A stretch of DNA of 60,869 nt. It comes from Deltaproteobacteria bacterium. GTDB taxonomy: Bacteria; UBA10199; SBBF01. The stretch's first letter is position 1; every line of letters begins with the position of its first letter. A program made the position numbers and the translations under genes. The notes below the pieces were generated by a model. It made no database searches, was not told the origin of the DNA, and was given only the letters and a program-made list of their open reading frames with translations. Shown piece by piece: positions 42,768 through 52,591 of this stretch. The stretch lies in assembly GCA_016183175.1 (NCBI GenBank), contig JACPFC010000040.1, forward strand, positions 1 through 60,869. Reading direction: 5' to 3'.

Positions 42768-45700
42768 TTGGGAAAGTGCCTTAAGCTGTCGCGGTTTATC
42801 GTGCAGAATTTGTTTGATGCACTTGTTGACCGTCTGAAAATTGCGGGGCAAAAAACGGGTCTGGCCGGCGCCGTCGGCGCCTCAAAGGCGCTGATTCTGA
42901 AACGCCTGATCGACCGCATTCAGCGGCCGATCGTCGCGGTCACCCGCGACGCAAAAGAGGCCGCCCGGCTGGTACAGAACCTCCGGTTTTTCGCCTCCGC
43001 CGATGTACAGGTGCGCCTTTTTCCACCGCTGGACATCCTCCCTTACTACAATCTTTCCCCCCAACCCGATGTCATCATGGAGCGGCTGAATCTTCTTTGG
43101 GAACTCACGCGCCGAAGAGATCCCTTTTTCACCGTTGTTCCCCTGCATGCCCTCACGCGACGAACAATCCCCCGCAAGATCCTTCTGGAGCGCACAAAAA
43201 CGCTGGCGGCTGGTGAAGAAATTTCCCGCGACTCCCTGATTGAAACCCTGGCAGGCCTTGCCTATCAGCGCGTCCCGCTGGTTGAAGACCGGGGAACCTT
43301 TGCCGTCCGCGGGGGCATTGTTGATATTTTTTCTCCGGCGCACCCTCTCCCCTTAAGGCTCGAGTTTTTTGGCGACACGATCGAGTCGATCAGGTTTTTT
43401 GATCCGGTCAGCCAGAAATCACAAGACAAAACGGAAGCCATGGCGCTCCTCCCCGCCCGTGAAATTCTTTTGAGCGAACTGGGGGAGAACTGGAAGAGCG
43501 GCTTAAAGAAACTCGCCGATGACCATGATATTCCCAAGCCGGAACGCGACTGGGTCGCGGAAAAAATGGCCCACCGGCTCTCGTTTAACGGCATCGAAAC
43601 ATTTCTCCCCTTCTTTTATCCCGGGGGAGCCAGTGGCCCGGGCGGGACCCTCTTCGACTATCTCCCCTCGGAAGCCATTGTCTGTCTTGTGGGTGGGGAG
43701 GAATTGGTGAGCCGGTGGGAAAAGGAGCTTGAAGAACATCGCGAACACCAAGAAAAATCGACGAGTATCGAGAGAATGTTCGCGCCGGAGGAAATTTTTT
43801 TGACGACGGGGGAGATCGACGAAGGTCTTGGCTATTTTTCGAGGATGGATTTTGCGGAAACAGGAAAAGAGGTTCTTCAGTTGACGATGGAATCAAACGC
43901 CCTCCTCAAGACAAAACTCGCCCTTGGTCATGTCAGCGAACAGGGGTTAAAGCCCCTTGCGGATATTTTGAATCAGCGCCGGATCGAGGGATGCCGTCTC
44001 TTTCTCGTCTCCGGTTCGCCTGCCCAACAGGAACGGTTGAGCGATCTTCTGGCCCGCTACGAAATCCCCCTTTTAAAATTGACCGACGGGCATGAAAGCA
44101 GACGGGCCGTTCAGAGCGCCCTCGAAGGGAATGATCCATCCCCCTTTATCCAGATCGTTCCCGGCCCGATCTCGGAGGGTTTTTACTGGGCTATTTCAGG
44201 GGCTCGCGTCGCCCCCTCCGCCGGCAAAGCCGGCGGAGCCTCCCCCTCACCGCCGCTGTGCGGCTGGTTAGGTGATCAGTGGTGGATCACCGACGAGGAG
44301 ATTTTCGGGCAAAAGGGGAGAACGCTTTCAAAAAAACCGACCGGTGAGCCGATCTTTTCCTTTTCTGAACTTGCACCGGGCGATTTTATCGTCCATCGCG
44401 ACCACGGCATCGCCGTTTACAAAGAACTGGTCTCGCTGAAGCTCGACTCCGTGCAGAACGATTTTCTTCTGCTGGAATATCTTGGCGGAGACAGACTTTA
44501 TGTTCCGGTCGACAAACTGAACCTCATCACCCGATATGCCGCAAAAGAAGGGCATCCCCCAATGCTCGACAAGATGGGGGGAACGTCGTGGAAGCGGGCC
44601 AGGGAAAAGGTCAAACGGGCGACAAGAAGGCTGGCCCGGGAACTTTTGGAACTGCAGGCGGTCCGTCAGGCCCAGAAAGGGTATGCCTTCTCTCCGCGCG
44701 ATGAACTCTTCGAGGAATTTGAGGCGACCTTTTCGTTTGAAGAAACGTCCGATCAGCTTCAGGCCATCGACGATGTCATTTCCGACATGACGGAAACAAG
44801 GCCGATGGACCGGCTTGTCTGCGGCGACGTGGGATACGGCAAAACCGAAATCGCCATCCGGGCCGCCTTCAAGGCGGTGGAAGACAAAAAACAGGCGGCG
44901 GTTCTGGTTCCCACCACCATATTGGCCTTTCAGCATTTTGAGACCTTCAAAAAACGGCTCGAAAATTTTCCGGTGACCGTGGAACTTCTCTCCCGCTTTC
45001 AGACCGCCGCCGAACAGAAAAAAATCGTCCAAAAACTGGCAAAGGGAGAAACCGACATCGTCATCGCCACCCACCGGCTTCTTTCGACGGACGTGCGGTT
45101 TGGCGATCTGGGGCTTTTGGTGATCGACGAGGAGCACCGCTTTGGCGTGGCGCAAAAGGAAAAGATCAAAAAACTCAAAAAATTGGTGGATGTGCTCACC
45201 CTTTCGGCAACCCCCATTCCCCGAACGCTCAACTTCGCGCTCGTCGGCATCCGCGACCTCTCGGTGATCAACACCCCGCCGGCCGACCGGCTTTCCATCC
45301 GCACCTATGTGACGCGGTGGGATTCGGGGGCCGTTCGCGAGGCGATTTTGCACGAAATGGGGCGCGGGGGGCAGGTCTTTTTTGTCCACAACCGGATCCA
45401 GACGATCGAAAAGATGCGGGACCAGCTCCGAAAAACGGTCCCCGAGATCCGAATAGAAATCGCCCATGGCCGGATGAACGAGGACGATCTGGAAGAGGTG
45501 ATGATCGGATTCATGGAAAAAAAATTCGAGGTCCTCCTTTGTACCGCCATCATCGAATCGGGGCTGGACATCCCTTCCGCCAACACCATCATCATCAACC
45601 GCGCCGATCACTTCGGCCTCGCCCAGCTCTACCAGTTGCGGGGGCGGGTCGGCCGGTCGTCGCACCGGGCCTACGCCTATCTTCTGGTGCCGGACGACGA

Positions 45701-46412
45701 GCTGATCACGGAGGATGCCAAAAAGAGATTGAGCGTGATTCAGCGTTTTACGGAACTGGGGTCGGGATTTAAAATCGCGGAGTACGATCTGGAAATCCGC
45801 GGCGCCGGCAATATCCTCGGCCCCGAACAATCGGGGATGATCCATGCTGTGGGGTACGATCTTTATGTTTCGCTCTTGAAACAGGCGGTGGCGGAGTTGA
45901 AGGGGGAAGAGACGGAGGAGGAAATCGATCCGGAGTTGAAGCTCAACATCTCGGCCTACCTGCCGGAGGATTATATCGCCGACACCTCGCTCCGTCTTCA
46001 GCTCTACAAACAGTTGGCGATGGTGGAGGACGAACTTCTCTGCCTGAACTTGGCGGAAGAATGGGCCGACCGTTTTGGCCCCCTCCCCGAACCCTCAAAA
46101 AATCTCATTGCCCTGATGCGGATCAAGATTTTGGCCAAAAAACTCCGGCTCAACTCGGTTGCCTTCAAGGACCAACTCCTGACCGTGCAGGTGGACCCCT
46201 CCAGCCGGATCCCGACCGAATACTTTTTGGAAAAGGTCAAAAAGGAACCGAAGAAATACCGGGTTCAGCCGAATGGGAAGTTTGTGATTGATACGGGGAA
46301 AAAATTGGAGGGGGAGGTTTTTGAGGCGGTGAGGGAAAACCTTTCGGAGATGCTCATCCACATCCCCCCCTTTGAAAAAGGGGGGCCAGGAGGGATTCAG
46401 GGCGCCGCATGA
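42768..46412 (+). CDS. mfd: transcription-repair coupling factor
   Basis: Full-length architecture with CarD-like RNAP-interacting domain and SF2 motifs GDVGYGKTE, DEEHRFG and LSATPIPRT. The listed start is TTG. Confidence 0.93.
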   Translation: MGKCLKLSRFIVQNLFDALVDRLKIAGQKTGLAGAVGASKALILKRLIDRIQRPIVAVTRDAKEAARLVQNLRFFASADVQVRLFPPLDILPYYNLSPQPDVIMERLNLLWELTRRRDPFFTVVPLHALTRRTIPRKILLERTKTLAAGEEISRDSLIETLAGLAYQRVPLVEDRGTFAVRGGIVDIFSPAHPLPLRLEFFGDTIESIRFFDPVSQKSQDKTEAMALLPAREILLSELGENWKSGLKKLADDHDIPKPERDWVAEKMAHRLSFNGIETFLPFFYPGGASGPGGTLFDYLPSEAIVCLVGGEELVSRWEKELEEHREHQEKSTSIERMFAPEEIFLTTGEIDEGLGYFSRMDFAETGKEVLQLTMESNALLKTKLALGHVSEQGLKPLADILNQRRIEGCRLFLVSGSPAQQERLSDLLARYEIPLLKLTDGHESRRAVQSALEGNDPSPFIQIVPGPISEGFYWAISGARVAPSAGKAGGASPSPPLCGWLGDQWWITDEEIFGQKGRTLSKKPTGEPIFSFSELAPGDFIVHRDHGIAVYKELVSLKLDSVQNDFLLLEYLGGDRLYVPVDKLNLITRYAAKEGHPPMLDKMGGTSWKRAREKVKRATRRLARELLELQAVRQAQKGYAFSPRDELFEEFEATFSFEETSDQLQAIDDVISDMTETRPMDRLVCGDVGYGKTEIAIRAAFKAVEDKKQAAVLVPTTILAFQHFETFKKRLENFPVTVELLSRFQTAAEQKKIVQKLAKGETDIVIATHRLLSTDVRFGDLGLLVIDEEHRFGVAQKEKIKKLKKLVDVLTLSATPIPRTLNFALVGIRDLSVINTPPADRLSIRTYVTRWDSGAVREAILHEMGRGGQVFFVHNRIQTIEKMRDQLRKTVPEIRIEIAHGRMNEDDLEEVMIGFMEKKFEVLLCTAIIESGLDIPSANTIIINRADHFGLAQLYQLRGRVGRSSHRAYAYLLVPDDELITEDAKKRLSVIQRFTELGSGFKIAEYDLEIRGAGNILGPEQSGMIHAVGYDLYVSLLKQAVAELKGEETEEEIDPELKLNISAYLPEDYIADTSLRLQLYKQLAMVEDELLCLNLAEEWADRFGPLPEPSKNLIALMRIKILAKKLRLNSVAFKDQLLTVQVDPSSRIPTEYFLEKVKKEPKKYRVQPNGKFVIDTGKKLEGEVFEAVRENLSEMLIHIPPFEKGGPGGIQGAA
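46362..46397. repeat. G6/C6 palindrome element, degenerate copy 4 (forms the Mfd C-terminal tail)
   Basis: ATCCCCCCCTTTGAAAAAGGGGGGCCAGGAGGGATT encodes IPPFEKGGPGGI just before the mfd stop. Confidence 0.7.
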
Positions 46413-46819
46413 CGGGCTTCGTACTGAACTGGAAAAAGCTTGTCGAGACTTACGCGCCGGGAGGCATTGACAATTTCAATGCCGACGATTCTGTCCTTTT
46501 CGCCCATATCGAGAACAACATCATCTGAAACACGGCGATTGATCACGGCCTGCTTCTTGTCGTCGAGACGAATGTAGAGGAGATCGTTCTTATCGTTGTA
46601 GGAAATATTCATTTTTATGACGTAGTATACCTCAATTTTCTTTTGTTCGTAATATTTATTTTGACGTTTTTTCCGGTACGGAAAAATTTTTGCTTTTCCC
46701 TGCCTGTCATATTTGGCGGCAATAGGCAATCCCGTTTGAATCACATCAATGATTTCATCCTCAGTTGTGCCACGTTCCTCGGCCCTTTCCAGTGTATGTG
46801 GATCGATGATCACTTTCAT
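46397..46819 (-). CDS. fused DUF4258-like / DUF2283-like protein
   Basis: The N-terminal half MKVIIDPHTLERAEERGTTEDEIIDVIQ is DUF4258-toxin-like. The C-terminal half MNISYNDKNDLLYIRLDD..IVGIEIVNAS is DUF2283-like. There is no stop between the halves. AT-rich. Confidence 0.6.
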   Translation of the reverse strand: MKVIIDPHTLERAEERGTTEDEIIDVIQTGLPIAAKYDRQGKAKIFPYRKKRQNKYYEQKKIEVYYVIKMNISYNDKNDLLYIRLDDKKQAVINRRVSDDVVLDMGEKDRIVGIEIVNASRRVSLDKLFPVQYEARHAAP

Positions 46820-48384
46820 ATGACCTGAATCCTGGGAAAAAGATTGAGTTTCAGTTCCGTCAATTTATGAGGCATCTTGCTCAGGGGAGAATCAAACTGA
46901 TCGGGAGCCCGAATGTCGGAAAAATTTTTCCATTTGTCAAATCCATAAGCTCTCCAGATTTTTTTTGAGGCGTCGGGAACAAAAATACCGCAAAAAATGG
47001 AAAGCCGCCGGACGCATTCAACTAAAAGAGTCAGTATTTGTGACAAATCGTCCACTTTCTTATCCTTGGCCAACTGCCAGGGAGCCCGCCTGTCTATGTA
47101 TTGATCAATAGCGCTAATAAATCTCCAGATCGCCTCCAAGGCACGATGAGGCCGAATATCTGTGGGGTCCTTCTCGTCGATTGATAAATCAATCTTGAGA
47201 TATTCCCAAACCTCATTGGCTTTAAAAATTAAATCTTCCTGGCTTTCCTCAAATGGGCGGGGAGAAACACTCCCCCCCTGATACCTCCACACCATCCCCA
47301 AAATCCGCGAAGCAAGATTTCCGATTCCATTCGCCAAATCCGCATTGTACCGTTCAATGAAACCATCCCAGGTGAAATCGCCGTCGTCGCCAAAGCTGGA
47401 GCCGCGCATGAGATAATAGCGAAGCGCATCGGCCCCGAAGTCGGGGTATTTTTCCAGAATATCGAGCGGTGTCACGACGTTTCCCAAAGACTTGGACATC
47501 TTTTCACCGCGCAGATAGACAAAGCCATGACCGAACACTGTTTTTGGAAGGGGAAGACCGGCCGACATCAGCATCGCCGGCCAGATGATGCAGTGAAAGC
47601 GGGTGATATCTTTTCCCACGATGTGCATGACATTTTTCCAGTACTCGTTGTCTTTCAGGTCATCCAGCGATTTAAGTCCCAGCCACGAAAGATAATTGAT
47701 GAGGGCGTCAAACCAGACATAGAAAACGTGCGTCTTGTCGAGCGGCACCGGGATGCCCCATGTAAAAGTACTGCGGGAGATGCTGAAATCCTCCAATCCC
47801 TGTTTGATGAAACTCGCCACCTCATTTTTTCGCTTGGCCGGGAGGATAAAGCCAGGATTGGCCTCGATGTGATTTAAAAGGGCCTTTTCATATTTTTTCA
47901 ATTTGAAGAAATAATTCTTCTCCTTGATCCACGCCGGTTTTTTTTGGTGATTTTTGCAGAGGCCGTTCTCCAGATCTTTTTCGGTGTAAAAAGCCTCGCA
48001 TGATTCGCAATACCACCCTTCGTAATCCTTCTGATAGATATCGCCCGCCTTGTTGACCCGATCAAAAAACTCATAGACGGTCGGATAATGTTTATTTTGA
48101 TCGCTTGTCTGAATAAACCGGTCATACGAGATATGGAGCTTTTTCCAGATCGCCTCGAACTTTGGCCGCATCTCGTCGCAGTATTTTTTTGGGGGGAGCC
48201 CGGCCGCTTCAGCCGCTTTTTGAACATTGGCGCTGTGTTCGTCGTTTCCCATCTGGAAGAGGACCTCATCGCCGCAAAGCCGGCGAAAGCGGGCGATGAC
48301 ATCGGCGCCGATTTTTTCGTACGCGGTGCCGATGTGGGGGAGGCTGTTGACGTAGTCGATGGCGGTGGTGAGAAAGATTTTCAT
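46816..48384 (-). CDS. metG: methionine--tRNA ligase
   Basis: A class I HIGH-type motif (LPHIGTAYE) and KMSKS (EKMSKSLGN). 522 aa. Confidence 0.95.
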   Translation of the reverse strand: MKIFLTTAIDYVNSLPHIGTAYEKIGADVIARFRRLCGDEVLFQMGNDEHSANVQKAAEAAGLPPKKYCDEMRPKFEAIWKKLHISYDRFIQTSDQNKHYPTVYEFFDRVNKAGDIYQKDYEGWYCESCEAFYTEKDLENGLCKNHQKKPAWIKEKNYFFKLKKYEKALLNHIEANPGFILPAKRKNEVASFIKQGLEDFSISRSTFTWGIPVPLDKTHVFYVWFDALINYLSWLGLKSLDDLKDNEYWKNVMHIVGKDITRFHCIIWPAMLMSAGLPLPKTVFGHGFVYLRGEKMSKSLGNVVTPLDILEKYPDFGADALRYYLMRGSSFGDDGDFTWDGFIERYNADLANGIGNLASRILGMVWRYQGGSVSPRPFEESQEDLIFKANEVWEYLKIDLSIDEKDPTDIRPHRALEAIWRFISAIDQYIDRRAPWQLAKDKKVDDLSQILTLLVECVRRLSIFCGIFVPDASKKIWRAYGFDKWKNFSDIRAPDQFDSPLSKMPHKLTELKLNLFPRIQVI

Positions 48385-49235
48385 AACTCCATCATCAAAT
48401 TTTCCAAAACAAGCGCCTTGTTTACATTTCCGTCCAAATCCCGCTGGGCCTGGGAAATCCGGTCGATCTTGGCGAGGTCGGATAATTTATTTTCCACAGC
48501 CATTTCACGAAAGAGGCGTTTCTTCAACACCTCCAGAAGGAGGTTCATATTTATCTCCCTGTTTTTTGCCAGTTCGTCTCCCCATTGGACAATGTCGGTA
48601 AATGAACGGGACGCATTCGTCAACAGGCGCCCGGAGTTTTCAATCGCCCCGGCCATCTCGCTTCCAGCCAATTCGCACATAAGACCGGCCGAGCCATCGA
48701 CATACTGGAGCATTTCACGGATCTTTTCCCTGGGCCAATTCAGCGAGACAGCCAGTGTTTCGGCCATTTCTTCCACCGGCGGCGTCGAAAAGAAAAGGCG
48801 CCGGCAACGCGAACGGATCGTCGGCAAAATCCGGAAGAGGGAGGAGGTGATCAGGATAAAAAGGGTGCTATGGGGGGGCTCTTCCAGGATTTTTAACAGG
48901 CTGTTGGCGGCTTGGCGGGTGAGAGAGTCGGCTTCGTCGATGAGAACAACCTTGAGCGGGGCCTCCAGAGGGGCAAGCTTAAGCCTTTCCTGACAGGCCC
49001 GGATCGCCTCGATTTTGATAGTGTTCCCGTCCGGCTGGATGAATTGCAGATCGGGGTGGGTATTTTCCCCCGCCTCCCGGCCAAAGAGCCGACAAACAAG
49101 AGCCAGAGCCGCCTTTTTTTTGCCGATGCCTGGCGCCCCATAGAACAGATAAGCCGGTGGGAGGCGGTTTTGGGCGGCGTCCTTAAGGAGCAGTTCCCAG
49201 TTTTTTTGGTGGCCAATGAAGGGCATTTGAAACAT
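48381..49235 (-). CDS. holB: DNA polymerase III subunit delta'
   Basis: YLFYGAPGIGKKKAAL, VVLIDEADSL and the TIRSRC sensor motif. Start is 49235 or 49226. Confidence 0.75.
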   Translation of the reverse strand: MFQMPFIGHQKNWELLLKDAAQNRLPPAYLFYGAPGIGKKKAALALVCRLFGREAGENTHPDLQFIQPDGNTIKIEAIRACQERLKLAPLEAPLKVVLIDEADSLTRQAANSLLKILEEPPHSTLFILITSSLFRILPTIRSRCRRLFFSTPPVEEMAETLAVSLNWPREKIREMLQYVDGSAGLMCELAGSEMAGAIENSGRLLTNASRSFTDIVQWGDELAKNREINMNLLLEVLKKRLFREMAVENKLSDLAKIDRISQAQRDLDGNVNKALVLENLMMEL

Positions 49236-49851
49236 TTTTTACAATCTCCTGATGCACCGCCTCCACATCGGGGTTGGCGTTGACGATAATCACCCGTTCC
49301 GGCTCGGCACGGGCGATGGCCAAATAGCCCTCCCGCACCCTTTCGTGAAAAGGGAACGCCTCATTTTCGAAACGGTCTTCGCTTGATTTTTGCACCTGCG
49401 TGGCGATCCGCTCACGGGCCCGCCTCAATCCGATTTCGGGATCGCAATCCATCAGGAAGGTGAGCCCGGGTTTCAGCTTTCCCACCGCCAGATGGTTGAT
49501 GGCGGAAATCATCTCCAGCGAAAAATCCCTTCCATAGCCCTGATAGGCTAAAGTCGCGTCGGTAAAGCGGTCACAAAGGACAATCTTTTTGGCGGCCAAC
49601 GCCGGTTCGATGACCTGCTGGACATGCTGGGCCCTTGCGGAGGCATACAAAAACAGCTCGCAGAGCGGCAGAATCCCGGTGTTTTCGGAGTCGAGGAGGA
49701 TTGTTCGGATCTGGTCGCCGATGGCGGTTCCCCCCGGCTCGCGCGTCAACACCGTCTCATAGCCGCGGAGCTTGAGGATATCATCAAGGATCTTGATTTG
49801 GGTTGTTTTGCCCGAACCCTCGATGCCTTCGAATGTGATGAAGAGAGACAT
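49183..49851 (-). CDS. tmk: dTMP kinase
   Basis: P-loop FITFEGIEGSGKTTQ and the DRF motif LCDRFTDATLAYQG. Confidence 0.93.
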   Translation of the reverse strand: MSLFITFEGIEGSGKTTQIKILDDILKLRGYETVLTREPGGTAIGDQIRTILLDSENTGILPLCELFLYASARAQHVQQVIEPALAAKKIVLCDRFTDATLAYQGYGRDFSLEMISAINHLAVGKLKPGLTFLMDCDPEIGLRRARERIATQVQKSSEDRFENEAFPFHERVREGYLAIARAEPERVIIVNANPDVEAVHQEIVKNVSNALHWPPKKLGTAP

Positions 49852-49892
49852 TGCCCCTACATAACATTAACAAGGGGCGTGACAAACAAAAA

Positions 49893-49923
49893 AACCCCGA
49901 TCCGCCACAGGCGGACCGGGGTT
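49893..49923 (-). terminator. rho-independent terminator of porin copy 1
   Basis: Read on the minus strand: AACCCCGGTCCGC-CTGT-GGCGGATCGGGGTT followed by TTTTTTGTTTG. Confidence 0.75.
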
Positions 49924-49956
49924 CTTTTGCAAATCTTCTTTACCCTTGGAGCCGAA

Positions 49957-51135
49957 TTAGAAGCTGTAATCAAACTCGGCCAATAACGAATGATAGTCCG
50001 AGTTGGCCGCAGGGCCCGCAACCGCCGCAAAGTCGAAGCGGTATTCCAGCTTCATCTTCGCGCCGTCGGCAATCTGATAACCCGCGCCCAGCGTGCCGCT
50101 GTAGGTGTTGCCTTCGTGACCCGTCGCCGCGGTCCCGTTCCAGAAACCGCCCGTGGTGGAGGCGCCCGAGCCGGTGATAGGGTTGATTTCCCACATCCAC
50201 CCGCCGCGGAAGCTCACATCCCACACGTCGCTGGCCTCATAATTCAGGCCGATCCAGCCGGCAATCGCCTTCTGGTTTTTGCTGGCGGCAACGATATTGT
50301 CGCTCTGACGATAGACCCCTTCCATCGCAACCGTCACGGTGTCGGAGGCGGCGATCATCAGGTCGAGGTCGCCGAAGAAATCCCAGTGGGCGTTCTGCGA
50401 AGCGCCGCCGGCAACCCCGGCATCGCTTTCAGGGCTGAAACCGCCCGAAATGCCGATGGTCGATTCGTTCCCTTCGTCGCCCCAGTTGAAGCCCAACCGG
50501 AACAAGCTGGCGGGAATGGCCGAATCGCCAAAGCCATTGGCGTTCAAGTCATTGACCACGCCGAAATGGAAATCGACCAGGTCGCTGAAGGCATAGTACA
50601 GCTTTGCGCCGATCACCTGACGCGGGATGAGATGCCGGTACGGAAACATGTATGAAATGAGCCAGTTGTCCGCCCGATCAACCGATTCCACCCCCACCGG
50701 GGCATTAAACTTGCCGATCAGGAATTCGATGCCGTTGCCGGCCGCCAGGTTGGCGGTGACATAGCCCTGTTCCAGATCGTACGCGTCGGCTACCCGGGTG
50801 TTGGTGTTGGCAAAGTCGACAAAGTCCACATCAGCGCGCAGGCGGATATTCTCCCCAAAGCTCTTTTGGAGATCCAACTCCACCTGATCGACGATGAAGC
50901 GAAAATGGTCGGCATTGGCCGCGGTGGCGAAGGTGACATCACCCATGCCTCCCAAGGCGCCGCCGGTGGCATCTTGGTCGTCATGCTGATAGCCGGTGAC
51001 AACCGTCACATTGCCGGACAGCTCCAACCCCCCCGCCGCCGCCTCCGGCGCCGGAGTTCCATTGGCCCATGCGCTTATACTGACCGCAAACAGGAAGGTA
51101 CCTGTTAGCGCGCCTGCCATTATCCTTTTTATCAT
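49957..51135 (-). CDS. outer-membrane beta-barrel porin-like protein, paralog 1
   Basis: Signal peptide ending SAWANG, alternating beta-strand pattern, and the C-terminal AEFDYSF aromatic terminus. Confidence 0.7.
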   Translation of the reverse strand: MIKRIMAGALTGTFLFAVSISAWANGTPAPEAAAGGLELSGNVTVVTGYQHDDQDATGGALGGMGDVTFATAANADHFRFIVDQVELDLQKSFGENIRLRADVDFVDFANTNTRVADAYDLEQGYVTANLAAGNGIEFLIGKFNAPVGVESVDRADNWLISYMFPYRHLIPRQVIGAKLYYAFSDLVDFHFGVVNDLNANGFGDSAIPASLFRLGFNWGDEGNESTIGISGGFSPESDAGVAGGASQNAHWDFFGDLDLMIAASDTVTVAMEGVYRQSDNIVAASKNQKAIAGWIGLNYEASDVWDVSFRGGWMWEINPITGSGASTTGGFWNGTAATGHEGNTYSGTLGAGYQIADGAKMKLEYRFDFAAVAGPAANSDYHSLLAEFDYSF

Positions 51136-51284
51136 ATAGGTCTCTCCTTTATTGATGGTTTTAAAACCAACTCACTCCTTCTCTACCAAATATAAATATA
51201 ATGTAATAATATTGGTCGATTAGGAACTGTTACAAAATTAAGTGGAATTAAGTTTAATTATATTAAATTATATGTCAAGGAAAT

Positions 51285-51332
51285 AAATCCCCCCTTGCCC
51301 CCCTTTGACAAAGGGGGGGGTTGGGGGGATTT
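51285..51332. repeat. G6/C6 double-palindrome element, copy 5 (between the two porin genes)
   Basis: AAAT-C6-TTG-C6-TTTGACAAA-G8-TT-G6-ATTT. Confidence 0.9.
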
Positions 51333-51340
51333 TAACAAAA

Positions 51341-51378
51341 AAAACCCCGATTCCGCCTAAAGCGGGTCGGGGTTTTTT
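51341..51378 (-). terminator. rho-independent (bidirectional-looking) terminator of porin copy 2
   Basis: AAAAAAAA-CCCCGATTCCGC-CTAAA-GCGGGTCGGGG-TTTTTTG. Confidence 0.75.
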
Positions 51379-51418
51379 GTTAAATCTAATAATATCGAGT
51401 AGTTAGCCTAACTTCCGG

Positions 51419-52591
51419 TTAGAAGCTATAATCAAACTCGGCCATCAAAGAATGATAGTCCGAATTAGCCGCTGGGCCAGCCACCGCCGCAAAGTCGAAG
51501 CGATATTCCAGCTTCATCTTTGCTCCATCGGTGATCATATATCCGGTACCCAACTGACCGCTGTAGGTATTCCCTTCGTGGCCCGTCGCCGCGGTCCCGT
51601 TCCAGAACCCGCCTGTGGTGGAGGCGCCACTGCCGGTAATGGGGTTGATTTCCCACATCCAGCCGCCGCGCATGCTGAAATCCCAGGCATCGTTGATCTG
51701 CCAGTTCGTTCCGATCCAGCCGGCAATCGCCTTCTGGTTCTTGGAGGCGGCGACAATGTTGTCGCTCTGGCGGTAAACGCCTTCGAAGGCCACGGTCCAG
51801 GTATCGCTCACGGCGATCAAGGCATCGAGGTCGCCGAAGAAATCCCAGTGGGCGTTCTGCGAGGCGCCGCCGGCAATCGCCGCATCGCTTTCAGGGCTGA
51901 AACCGCCCGAAATGCCGACGGTCGATTCATGCCCTTCTTCGCCCCAGTTGAAGCCCAACCGGAACAAGCTGGCGGGAATGGCGGAATCGCCGAAGCCGTT
52001 GGCGTTGAGATCGTTGGTCACCGCGTAGTGCAGATCGATCAGGTCGCTAAACGCATAATAGAGTTTGGCACCGATCAACGCAGTGGGGGTGAGGAAACGA
52101 TACGGAAACTGGTACGAAATGAACCAGTTGTCCGCCCGGTCGGCCGATTCCACCCCGACAGGGGCGTTGAACTTGCCGATCAGGAATTCGATGCCGTTGC
52201 CGGCCGCCAGGTTGGCGGTGACATAGGCCTGTTCCAGATCGTAGGCATCCGCGACCCGTGTGTTGGTATTGGCAAAATCGACGAAATCGATATCAGCGCG
52301 CAGGCGGATATTCTCTCCAAAACTTTTTTGGAGATCGATTTCCACCTGATCGACGATGAAACGAAAATGGTCAGCATTGGCCGCGGTGGCGAAGGTGACA
52401 TCACCCATCCCGCCCAAGGCGCCGCCCGTGGCGTCCTGATCGTCATGCTGATAGCCGCTGACAATCGTCACATTGCCGCTGATTTCAAGACCGCCGGCAA
52501 CCGGCTCGGGAGCCGGAGTACCGTTGGCCCATACGGTGCCCGACGCAACCAGCGAGGCCGCGAAAAGGGCACGATAAAGATGTTTCTTCAT
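51419..52591 (-). CDS. outer-membrane beta-barrel porin-like protein, paralog 2
   Basis: Collinear with 49957-51135 and highly similar by eye along its whole length. Same C-terminus AEFDYSF. Confidence 0.7.
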   Translation of the reverse strand: MKKHLYRALFAASLVASGTVWANGTPAPEPVAGGLEISGNVTIVSGYQHDDQDATGGALGGMGDVTFATAANADHFRFIVDQVEIDLQKSFGENIRLRADIDFVDFANTNTRVADAYDLEQAYVTANLAAGNGIEFLIGKFNAPVGVESADRADNWFISYQFPYRFLTPTALIGAKLYYAFSDLIDLHYAVTNDLNANGFGDSAIPASLFRLGFNWGEEGHESTVGISGGFSPESDAAIAGGASQNAHWDFFGDLDALIAVSDTWTVAFEGVYRQSDNIVAASKNQKAIAGWIGTNWQINDAWDFSMRGGWMWEINPITGSGASTTGGFWNGTAATGHEGNTYSGQLGTGYMITDGAKMKLEYRFDFAAVAGPAANSDYHSLMAEFDYSF

